DNA of 64,000 nucleotides from positions 31,186,001-31,250,000 of the forward strand of contig JAQFVV010000003.1 in NCBI GenBank assembly GCA_028023455.1. Direction: 5' to 3'. Positions 42,556 to 53,400 of this stretch are shown piece by piece (within the stretch, counting starts at the first letter, position 1; every line of letters starts with the position of its first letter). The DNA comes from Epiperipatus broadwayi. Lineage: Eukaryota > Animalia > Onychophora. The notes under the pieces are model-generated. The model was not told where the DNA came from. It worked only from the letters and a program-made list of their open reading frames with translations, and made no database searches. The position numbers and the translations under genes are program-made.

Positions 42556-45500
42556 CATCAACCATTATCAATCCACTGCAAGATGAAGGTCTCTCCAAGT
42601 TCAATCCATCTTTTCCTATCTTTAGCTTCTCTTCTCCACATCACCCCTGTACACATCCATCCATCTCACATGTGGTCTCTTTCTGGGTCTTTTACAATCT
42701 CTTGGAATCCAGTTTAAAATTTCAATTGTCCACCTATTATCATCTCTTCTAGCAATATGTCCATCCCAACACCACTGCAGTCTTTTAATTTTTTCAATGA
42801 GGTCAGTAACACCTGCTTGTTCTCTTATTCATACATTGCATTTTCTTACTCCCAACATGCATCTCTCCATACTTCTTAGAGTGATTTGAAGTCTCTATAT
42901 TGCTCTTATATTAAGTGTCCAAGTCTCAGATCCATAAGTAAGAACTGGCAAAACACATTTATTAAAAACCTTCCTTTTCAAACACATAGGCATATTTCCT
43001 TTTAGTATCAGGTTATTTCTACCAAAAGCACTCCAACCAAGTTCAATTCTATTATTAATTTCATCCATTATGTTTCCATCTGTATTAATAATCTGACCAA
43101 TGTATTTGTAACTGTTAACTTCTTCTAATTCGTCATAATCAATCTTTATTTTCATATTTTGAAAAAATCTATTAAACATTACTTTAGTCTTTTTAACATT
43201 TATTTTTAGTCCTACTTTCCTACTTTCATCTGATAACTCCTGCAACATTTCCTGTAACTCTAAAGCATTATTTGCAAAAACAACTACATCATCTGCAAAA
43301 TATAAATGACTTAAACAATCTCCATTTACTTTCACTCTTTTAGCTTCCCATTTTAATCCATAAAATACTTCTTGCAGCACTGCTGTAAAAAGTTTTGGAG
43401 ATATGGAGTCATCCTGTCTTACACCCTTCTCAATGTTGACTTTCCTACTATCATTATGTAATCTAATAATCTAATTGTTGCTGTTGCATTTTTATAAATA
43501 TTCTTTAAAATATGACAATATCCTAGATCTATACCTTGATAATCCAATGCTTTAATCATTGAAGAAATGTTTATAGAATCAAATGCCTTTTCATAATCTA
43601 TAAATTCTAAGCATAATGGCAACTCATAATCATTTGTCCTTTCTATAACTTCTCTCAATATCTGAATATGATCTACTGTACTAAAATCCCTTTTAAATCC
43701 AGCTTGTTCTCTTGGTTGGTGGAAGTCTAGTGTTCTCTGTGGATAAGTTGTAATTATCTTAGTAAAAATTTTGTATAAAACTGATAAAAGACTGATAGGT
43801 CTGTTATTTTTAATATCGTCTTTATCACCTTTTTTAAATATTAATATTAAAACTGCATTCTTCCAATCATCTGGTACATCTTTATCATTTAGACATTTGT
43901 AATATAATTTTGCTAAAAAAATTTCTATTTCTTCACCTGCTTCTTTTAATATATCAATTATAATTCCATCATTACCTGGAGCCTTCCCTTTCTTCATAAA
44001 TTTAATTGCTTGTCTCACTTCCTCATTCAAAATTTTGGGCAATTCAGAAGATATAATGGGTATAGGAGGTACTTGTTCTTTATCACTATATAATTCTTGA
44101 TAGAAGTCTTCTACACATTTCATGATGTCATCTCTTTTTTTAGTAATAATGCCATCTTTTTTTCTTATTGCCAATATAAATTTCCTACCAATACCAAAAT
44201 GTTGTTTTACACTCTTTAGACTTTTATTCTCTACTACAGCTTTTCTTGCTAGTTCACAATTATACTTCCTTATATCATTTTCAACTCTTTTCTGCACCAT
44301 TTTGCAAAATTCAAAATATTCAATCTTTTTTAATGCATCATTGTTGTATATCCTTATATTCCTTCTTTTCTTCATAAATTCTCTAGTCTCAGTAGAAATT
44401 TTATTGGTCAATTGCTGCTTTTTTCTACCAACTATCTTTGTTGCAGTTTTTAAAAGTGTATCAGTTATTTTCCTATTAATTTCATTCATATCTGAATCAT
44501 GTTCAAAATCTACTAATACTTGAAACAAATTTGTAAGTTCTAATTTGATTTCATTTGAATGTTTCTAAAGATTAGGAATATCAACTGTTAGTTTTTCTTA
44601 ATAATTTTTGTCTCTCTAGTTTTGCATGAACTTGTATCTTACATCTTACTAATCGATGATCACTTCCTGTGTTAAATTTATTAAGAACATTACAATCTTA
44701 AAATATGTAAATGAGGCATTTATTTATATAGCACTATGTTTATAAATTGTAATAAACTAAAGATTAGCCTTTCAAGCTAACGTACATGTGCTTTTTATGA
44801 ATGTTAATAATAAATGAATACTTTCATTTCCAATACAAGATAAAGTCTTTGCGAACGAATAAATGAATCCACTTATTCATTCAACCCAAATGCTTATATA
44901 TGGGCAAATATTAAGTATTGGATATGAAAACATGAGGATAAATTAATCACTTTAAATTACTGTTTACTATGTTTGAATAAATGACGTCAACCCAAATGCT
45001 TATATATGGGCAAATATTAAGTATTGGATATGAAAGCATGAGGATAAATCAATCACTTTAAATTACTGTTTACTATGTCTCAATGAATGACGTCAATGAA
45101 ATTATCTAGAATGTATTTTCTGTTAGTCAAAATATAATCCAATTCTGCTGTACGTTTATTTGGATGCTTCCATGTCCATTTCCTTTTAACATTTTTCTCA
45201 AAAAAATAATTCATAATATAAAGTTTTTCTTTTTCTATAAACTCCACAAGTCTATGTCCTCTCTCATTGCTATTACCCAAAATTACCTACAGCATTCTCG
45301 TCTTTCATTTGTTTACCAATTCTAGCATTAAAGTCTCCCATAACAATTTTAAAATGTTGTTTATTCTGATCAAAAGCCTTTTGTACATCCATATAAAAAT
45401 CTTCTACTACTTCATTACTATGAGAACTTATTGGGGCATAAATCTGAATTATTTGCATTTGGTATCTGCTATTAAGTTGTAAAACTAATCTTGCCACTTT

Positions 45501-46111
45501 TTCCATTTTTTATTTATAATGAACCCTACTCCACTTGTATTTCCAATATTTGTGCCTTTGTAGTAGAGTACATGTCCACTTTTTAAATCAATTGTTTCTT
45601 CACCGTTTCTTCTAACTTCACAAAGTCCAATAATGTCCCATTTAATATAAGACAGTTCTTCTAACTCTTGCAATCTTTCTTCACGTGAAAGTGATTTGCA
45701 GTTGTTAGTACCTAAATAAAAAGTTGTCATCAAATGGCAGCCTGAGTCCACAATCAGGGAATTTTTAGCACCCTCTGCCTTCAGCCACCAACTGCTCTTG
45801 GTTTGTGACTTTACAGCCTCCTGGAAATAAGGGCCATGATTTATTTTTGTCTGTCATGATTGTATATATTAGAAAATTTTTCTTAAACTTGGAGGTAAAA
45901 CGTCAATAAACTCACCATGCTGGTTAATGGGTGTTGGTGAGCAGCCCATCCATGTTTGTATACTATATAAATAATCACATAGTAATAACAGCTGCAATGG
46001 CAAGAAAGTATAGAATGGACATAAGGAATTTGCCCTGCTCGGTTCCTTTAAGGCCTCCAAGAGGAATCAAAGGGTCTTCTTTCAGTTAATAGCAAACTCC
46101 TTTCTGCAGCC
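42556..46111 (-). mobile_element. Near full-length decayed RTE-clade LINE flanked by (TA)n on both sides
   Basis: APE motifs WDIIGLCEVRR, GVGFIINK, QIYAP, GDFNARIG, NERG..L, LDYIL, SDHRLV; RT motifs KAPGNDGI, W..A.LILIFKKGD, RPISLLS, QAGF, FIDYEKAFDSI, FADD. There is a short 5' UTR and the 3' end ends in GATGAT before (AT)n. Confidence 0.93.
44700..45096. repeat. ~390-bp insertion interrupting the RTE endonuclease, containing a 106-bp tandem duplication (44881-45096)
   Basis: The RTE frame ...NFIDV resumes as DCNVLNKFNTGSDHRLV on the other side; the unit tcaacccaaatgc...gacg occurs twice. Confidence 0.75.
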
Positions 46112-46380
46112 ATATATATATATATATATTAATATAATTACTATATAGAATTAAAAATATGTTTATATATATTGTTTTCATCATCATTATTAGTATTATT
46201 GCTTACACACAAATATATATATATATATGATAAACAAAAACAAGTTAATTTTTTTTAACCTGCCTATAGCTTGCATTTTAAGATCACAGATGGAGCTTTA
46301 CCAATAGCTCACTCAAGCTTGTTTACAAAAAATGCCAAGAGAGAATCAAAAATTCAATATCTCTTTCAAATTGTTTCCAA

Positions 46381-46425
46381 CCTTTAAACCATGGTTTTAA
46401 GCTAATTGTCTTTCATCAGTAAAGG
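46381..46425 (-). ncRNA. Minimal type I hammerhead, mutated copy (G12>A)
   Basis: Minus: CCTTTA CTGATGA aagacaattagctt AAAA CCATGG TT TAAAGG. Confidence 0.55.
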
Positions 46426-46795
46426 ACTAGAAACTAGATCTAAATCCCAACTCTACTGAACAGCATTTATGTAAACTGTTCCTATCAGCTTGAAAGCACG
46501 AATTTTTCAGATACATAAATATCTTAAAATCCAACTAAACAAACTAGATAGCTATATGGATCTGAAATCAGTTCAGTTTCACCACATAGTAGAAAGGTTC
46601 TGCAATCTATATCATTGCTAAAACCTTCAAAGATACATTTATGATAAACAAAAACTAGTTAAAAATTTTTTAATCTGCCTACAGCTTACATTTTATGATC
46701 ACAGATGGAGCTTTACCAATAGCTCACTCAAGCTTGTTTACAAAAAATTCCAAGAAATAATCGAAAATTGAATATCTCTTTCAAATTGTCTCCAA

Positions 46796-46840
46796 CCTTT
46801 AAACCATGATTTCAAGCTAATTGGTTTTCATCAGTAAAGT
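46796..46840 (-). ncRNA. Minimal type I hammerhead, intact core with weakened stem II
   Basis: Minus: CTTTA CTGATGA aaaccaattagctt GAAA TCATGG TT TAAAGG. Confidence 0.6.
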
Positions 46841-47217
46841 TAGGAGGATTAGAAACTAGATCTAAATCCCAACTCTACTGAACAGCATTTATGTAAACTG
46901 TTCTTATCAGCTTGAAAGCACAATTTTTTCAGATACGTAAATATCTTAAAATACAGCTAAACAGACTAGATAGCTATATGGGTCTGAAATAAGTTCAGTT
47001 TCACCACATAGTAGAAAGGTTCTGCAATCTATATCATTGCTAAAACCTTCAAAGGTGCATTGATGATAAACAAAAACAAGTTAAAATTTTTTTAACCTGC
47101 CTATAGCTTGCATTTTATGATCACAGATGGAGCTTTACCAATAGCTCATTCAAGCTTGTTTACAAAAAATGCCGAGAGAGAATCAAAAATTCAATATCTC
47201 TTTCAAATTGTCTCCAA

Positions 47218-47262
47218 CCTTTAAACCATGGTTTCAAGCTAATTGGCTTTCATCAGTAAAGG
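47218..47262 (-). ncRNA. Minimal type I hammerhead ribozyme, best copy
   Basis: Minus: CCTTTA CTGATGA AAGC caatta GCTT GAAA CC-AT-GG UU^ TAAAGG. This gives a 6-bp stem I, 4-bp stem II, palindromic short stem III, a complete core and a GUU triplet. Confidence 0.75.
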
Positions 47263-47656
47263 GAAGGAGGACTAGAAACTAGATCTAAATCCCAACTCTA
47301 CTGAACAGGATTTATGTAAACTGTTCCTATCAGCTTAAAAGCATGAATTTTTCAGATATGTAAATATCTTAAAATCCATCTGTGATCATAAAATGCAAGC
47401 TATAGGCAGGTTAAAAAATTTTTAACTTGTTTTTGTTTATCATAAATGTACCTTTGAAGGTTTTGGCAATGATATAGATTGCAGAACCTTCCTACTATGT
47501 GGTGAAACTGAACTGATTTCAGACCCATATAGCTATATAGTTTGTTTAGCTGGATTTTAAGATATTTACGTATCTGAAAAATTCGTGTTTTCAAGCTGAT
47601 AGGAACAGTTTACATAAATCCTGTTCAGTAGAGTTGGGATTTAGGTCTAGCTCCTA

Positions 47657-47702
47657 CCATTTACTGATAAGAGTCAATTAGCTTGAAATCATGGTTTAAA
47701 CG
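47657..47702 (+). ncRNA. Minimal type I hammerhead in the inverted unit, mutated (G8>A)
   Basis: ttta CTGATAA gagt caatta gctt GAAA tcatgg tt taaa. Confidence 0.5.
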
Positions 47703-48167
47703 TTAGAGACAATTTGACAGAGATATTGAATTTTTGATTCTCTCTGGGCATTTTTTGTAAACAAGCTTGAGTGAGCTATTGGTAAAGCTCCATCTGTAAT
47801 CATATATATATATATATATGCAATAAATAAATAAATCATAGCTCATAGCAATATTTAACTTTTAAAACATTAAATAATAACTAACTTGTAAAAATGTACT
47901 TTCATTACCCTTTAAATGAAAAACATTAACTCTTATAATGCACTACTTATGTATTTTCAAAGTTCCTTTAATTAACAGAGTTAATATTTTACTTAATCGA
48001 CATGGAACCAAAATTCATGAAACATGGAAGACAATGTTGAGTAGTTAGTTCATCATGGGAATTAATGTAGTCATTGTATAACAATAATGTTTGGCTAGAG
48101 TTATTATTTAATGTTTTAAAAGTTAAGTGATACCAGTGATTTATTTATTTATTATATATACCTACAC

Positions 48168-48678
48168 CAGTGATCTTCAACCTTTTTACACCTGCGGACC
48201 GGTAAAAATAAGAATAAGGTTTCGCGGACCGGCAGAAGTCTATAGATAAATTTTTTTAAAGATGTAAACTGCTTAGCTTTAGATGAGCATAATTGTTATA
48301 ACTGATCAAAACAACAATGTTAAATATAAAAGATGAAATTATATATATATATGGAGTTTGTATAATAAAAAACTTTTTTTTTTAATTTTGAATTTTTTTA
48401 GAAAAGTAATAAAAAATTTAATTCTACCCCCCCCCCCATAAACATCTGTGATAACTAAAAAAACAAATTAATTTATGCATGATTGATTAGATTTTGTTTT
48501 CATTCTGTTTCTTTTTTTTTTAATTGGGTAAAAATGTGATGAAAAAATAAATAAAAATTGTTTATATTAATTAAAAGTCTAAACTCTTATTATTTTGTTA
48601 TTACAAACTTTCCTGCAGCCCAGCAGAAAACTTCTGCGGCCCGGCACTGGGCCACAGACCAAGGGTTGAAGATCACTG
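48168..48678. mobile_element. hAT-superfamily MITE (511 bp)
   Basis: 15-bp TIRs CAGTGATCTTCAACC / GGTTGAAGATCACTG, subterminal gcggaccgg-type motifs, and a degenerate TA-centred 8-bp TSD acctacac/acatacgc. Confidence 0.88.
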
Positions 48679-48750
48679 ACATACGCAACCACAATTTTAA
48701 AGAAAGACATTACAATAAGTGCAATACTAGAAATTTTATTTGCCTTGGAA

Positions 48751-49109
48751 CTAGCCTTCAAATGTGCGTTCACAAATTTTTCGTCTTCCCCATCGCGGTA
48801 TATATTCTAATGGATTAAAAAATGGAACTTTCCTCATCCAATAACAAACCATCTCCATATTCTTCATTAACGTGCGACAAATTACATCTCCAGCAATCAC
48901 TTTGTGCAATAATGGACATATTAATTCAGATGAGACGCAATCTTTCATATAGTCACAGGTAAAAACAGTCAAAAAATTGTCACAATCTTTTATGGCTTTT
49001 TCCACATTTTCTACATTAACTACTCGACCAAATTTTAATTTTTCAAGCATATTGTTATATACTTCTTTCCAGTTTGGAAAACTAAAAAAATATGCAGATG
49101 CTTGGTAGA
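48751..49109 (-). CDS. Terminal coding exon (~118 aa) of an unidentified minus-strand gene
   Basis: A long pyrimidine tract plus AG at 49110-49111, a stop-free complex protein-like frame ending FEG*, AATAAA about 10 nt after the stop, and several retained CpG codons. Confidence 0.65.
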
Positions 49110-51539
49110 CTAAAGAAAAAAGAAAAAAAAACAATTATCATTAATTCAAATACAATGTTTCAAATATAATATTTTAAATAAATAAATAAATATTTAAAAA
49201 CTGATTATTTGAAATTCTAAATAATTAAAAATGGGACATATTTAATGCCAATTTTATTACATTTAATAATAAATTAGTAGATTTGTGAAATTTCCCAGCT
49301 AAATTGTAAATAAATTAAAAAATACTTCATAATAATAATAATAACAATATATGTAAATAATATTTAAAGTGCAGTTGATATTGAAATAATTGAGAGAGTG
49401 CAAATTTCTCAAGTGCTTATGACTACAACTAGCCAATCAAATCTTAAGCACTGGGACAGAGAATTTAATAAGAAAAGAGCGGTTCCACTCTCTTCTTTAC
49501 TTGTCTTTATATATATCCAAGCCAACAGACCAAGATAATTTTAAAAAGCTATATGTAAATAAAACTATTTAAATTTTGGAATCATTTCATTGTTAGAAAT
49601 ATGTTCTGAGTGTAAATATTTATTTAAATATAAGAATAATACTTTTTACTTTTGTGAATGATGAATTTCTAGGCATGAGCTTGAAATATACTACCTATAT
49701 ATTCATCATTATGCCAAACCGAACAAACCAACACCATTTTGTCATGATAATTAATAAAACTTATATGTAAATGTTTAGATTTCCGAATTGCTTTATTTCT
49801 AGAAACACATTCTTATTGTAAATATTTATTATTTAAACATAAGAATATTTTTTAAATTAAACTTATTGTGTTAGTTAATCTAGCCTCGAAATATATCTCA
49901 TATATTCACTATCATTACACAAAACTAAACAGGCCAATGTCTTTTCATCACTATAATGAATAAAATTTATATGTAAATAAAAATATTCAGATTTACCAAT
50001 CATTTTTATTTAAATAACTTAATGTATATAAAATATAACATATTATTATTAATAATTTATTTAAAAATCAAACTTATTTTAAAAATATTGCCTTATAATT
50101 ACAGTAATTCTGCATATGATAAAATTATCTTTATCAATGATGTTTTACTAGTATTAAATATGTTCTTTATTTGGGAGTAGTAATAGAGTTTTTGCCTACC
50201 AGAAATGTTAGTTCTGGGTTCAATGCTGTGTCATGCGAACATTTTTAAAATAGTATTGCCTTTCTCTTTTTGTTATTATTATCTAGTATTATTTTTTACA
50301 TGTTTTATTAAATAGCTTTTATTTTTAATAACGATAGTCTTTTTTTTAACTGCAGTGTTAGCCTTTAAAAGGGGTTTTGATGTCTTCTAAAAAAATATTG
50401 AATAAACAATTTAAGTATGAAAATTTAAAATTATTCTCTTAAATAAATCCTGGTAAATCTTTAATTGTCAAATTGTTTAATAAAGAAAATGTAAACAACT
50501 TATATATGAGAGGTTGGATTTTTAAAACATATATATATTAACTAATGGAATTAGTTAATTTTTTTAAAAGATATATCTCGCCTTTCATTAACATAGCATT
50601 ATTGTAACACCTATACAATTTAACTTGTAATCACTCTATTGGAAAAGTGTCTATAAAATTTTTTATCTATACTAATGGAAGATCCAATTGTTTGATTTTT
50701 TTTTCTTTATTATAATTTATCATTAAACAAAAGAAACTGTAAAATGTAGTATAATTGCTTCTAAAAATTGTGGTTTCGCGACACGGCCGATGCTATGACT
50801 TATGAAAAAAAAAAAAATTATCGAATAAACAATGTGTGAAAACTTTCTTCCTTAAGTAAAATGTAAGATAAATCCTTAAAATCCCTAGATACCTGAAAAT
50901 AACAAGCATACAAAAAAAACCTATTACTGAGATTCCAAATGACAAAAAGTAAAAAACAAGATGGTTAGAGTCAATCTAATTAAAATTGATTGCTATTTAT
51001 CACATTATAGCCATCAAGTAAGTTAATATGTAAATAAAAAGGTAAAAATGTAAATAATTATAAATTTTAATATTATAGTGTGTCTTTGGTTAAGTTCCTG
51101 CTGACACATGATCTTCATCTGAACATCACAGTTTGTAGCCATATATTTCACTAATAAAGTTTCTTTAAAAAATAAAAATTATGTAGAATTCATTGTTTTA
51201 ATTAGCTAATAATTTTATTCCATGAGGGGAAGGGGGTCTTTTTCACATGATAAAAACATTTAGATATATATATAATAATTTGACTCGCAAATATAGATAT
51301 ATTAAAATTACACAAATTAGTACTTCTAATATATAAAAAAATTGCTTATTTATTATAAATATGATTTTGTGCACTTTTGTTGAATCAATATTTGAGAAAA
51401 TGCAAATATATATATTTTTTTTTCTTGTATGTTTTATTGCGAATCCATTAACAATATCAGCCTAATTTTATTATTATTTTTTGCATATTCTGATTCAATA
51501 CATAAAAACGGTAATGAAGAGTTGATTTCACATTAACAG

Positions 51540-51564
51540 GACCAGGACATTCTGAAACATTTAG
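51540..51564 (+). CDS. Candidate penultimate 25-nt exon (DQDILKHL)
   Basis: ttaacag acceptor, TAG|gtaaat donor; splices in frame to 51726. Confidence 0.5.
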
Positions 51565-51725
51565 GTAAATAACATAACTGAAACATCTGCATTACTGCAT
51601 ATTAATACATTTACAATTGTATAACTTTGCATATGATGTTCATTGTAGAACTTACAAATTAAAGAGGCAAAAAAAGGGAAATATAATTTCATTTAGCATA
51701 TGATAAAATGTTTTAATTTTCACAG

Positions 51726-51757
51726 AAGATGTCGATCAAGCATATCCAGGACTTTAA
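51726..51757 (+). CDS. Candidate terminal exon (EDVDQAYPGL*)
   Basis: ttttaattttcacag acceptor after a 161-nt intron; stop TAA overlaps an AATAAA, with another AATAAA at ~51898. Confidence 0.5.
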
Positions 51758-52699
51758 TAAATTCAAGATGATATGCCATTGCAATGCACTCAGGCCAACT
51801 TTGTTTATGAGACTAGGGCACCAAAATTTATCTTGCACAAAGGCACCTCACATTCATTCAGTGGGTCTGGTTGAAACCATCTAATTCAATCAACTTCAAT
51901 AAAAGGCAGTTGAATCCAATATTGTATGTAACAGATAAAACACAAACACTAGACAAATTCCAAGTTACTTAATATCTTCTACTGTGATATAAATCCAGAA
52001 GAAACAGAAAGTACCATCATATTTATAGAAAACTTTTACTTTCAGAAAAATCCAGTTTTCTAATATGGAAAAGATTATGATATAAATATTTAATGATTTA
52101 TTTAAAGTAATAGATTAAAAAATGTAAATTTTTTACAAAACTTTAGAAAGCTTACTAATGATTATTAAATACACCTTAATAAATATGAAAGAATTTACAG
52201 ATCTTAAGCAGCCATTGGTAAACAAAATAAAAAGAACTTGAGTTTTTATTTACATACGAACATGGACACCTGAAAGTAATCTCAAAAAGTAAAATGTTGT
52301 TATTCTAGCTTATATGCAAGTTGTTTAATTATGAGTGGTAGAATAATGGAGGAAAGTATTTAAATTTCCATTCATTTAAAAATTTTTCAAATCCATTGAA
52401 GACACTATATGATTGTCTGAAGCAAAAAAATTACACAAATCAAAGAAAAGCAAAGATCTTAAATTTTGAGAACTTTTTTTTGAAATTGTGTTTTTAATTA
52501 CCTTGAAATATAACACCTAGAATATACACCAAACAGCATTAGAAATATATGAAACAGAAAAAAATTCAGCGTGATAATATGTATACAACTTCATGGCTTT
52601 GTTGCTGTTGATAATACTATTTAATTTTAGAAAAAACATTGAATATTATCTAACATTTTTCACAACTTTTAATATATTCATCTATTTCTTTATTGATGC

Positions 52700-53400
52700 T
52701 GGGTCACCATACATAGCTACAAGTTAGTAGAATTTACCTGATCACACTAGATTATCTTGGTGTGTCAACTATAATATTTGTTGATGACATAACCTTGATA
52801 TTAGAATTTTATTGTTCATTATAATACAATTTTTATTTAGTGCTATTTTTTCTTTCTTATTTGTAGTGAATTGTGAATTATTTCCAATGAACTAATCCAT
52901 TTTATTAATCATTTATATTTGTTGTCAACTTTAATCCAATTTGCAACTTTATTGCTATTGACAACTTTGACTTCACCTCATTAATATAATTTATTTTCTT
53001 TCAATTAATCCAAATTGATTTATTTTTGATTTGGATATTTTAAATCTCAGACTTTGATCTCTTTTATTTTTCTTACCACATTCACAGACCTTGCATTACT
53101 CTTTAAATGCTTTCAACTTTGGGACAAATGTTTTACTTTTTTTACAGCAACAAATGATTTTTTCCTAAGTTTGTTTATTACTTAAAGATTCTTTATAGCT
53201 TTCTGCCTATTTTTATATTCATTAACATAGAGATTTTGAAACCTCATTGATTGGTCCAGTATTAAATCATGGATAATTTCCATTATAATTGTTTTATCAT
53301 AATGAAATTTCCTAATAGCCAGGAGTTGCTATCTAAGCCTATCATCAGCCATTTTTCAAAGCAATTGGTCCAACAATGTGTCCTTGAGAGAATCATTATA
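52700..53400 (-). pseudogene. Possible highly decayed Gypsy gag/protease remnant
   Basis: Minus frames give ADDRLR*QLL...DKTI and a CKVCECGK knuckle-like segment; heavily interrupted. Confidence 0.3.

Larger units (their letters stand above)
46228..47802. repeat. ~420-bp tandem array (about 2.75 direct units, 46228-47378) plus one inverted unit (47375-47802), each unit carrying a hammerhead motif; retrozyme/Penelope-pLTR-like
   Basis: Periods 415 and 422 bp, an inversion junction with tcca microhomology, (TA)n on both flanks, and no ORF. Confidence 0.9.

Noticed and set aside
51726-51970. Longer alternative open frame (KMSIKHIQDF...) after the 51725 acceptor
   Set aside because: Not phase-compatible with the only open reading of the 51540-51564 exon as I joined it; no recognisable motif.
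52260-52290. 12-nt minus-strand micro-exon that could join the 48751-49109 exon
   Set aside because: Chance AG/GT pairs are too frequent to support it without RNA data.
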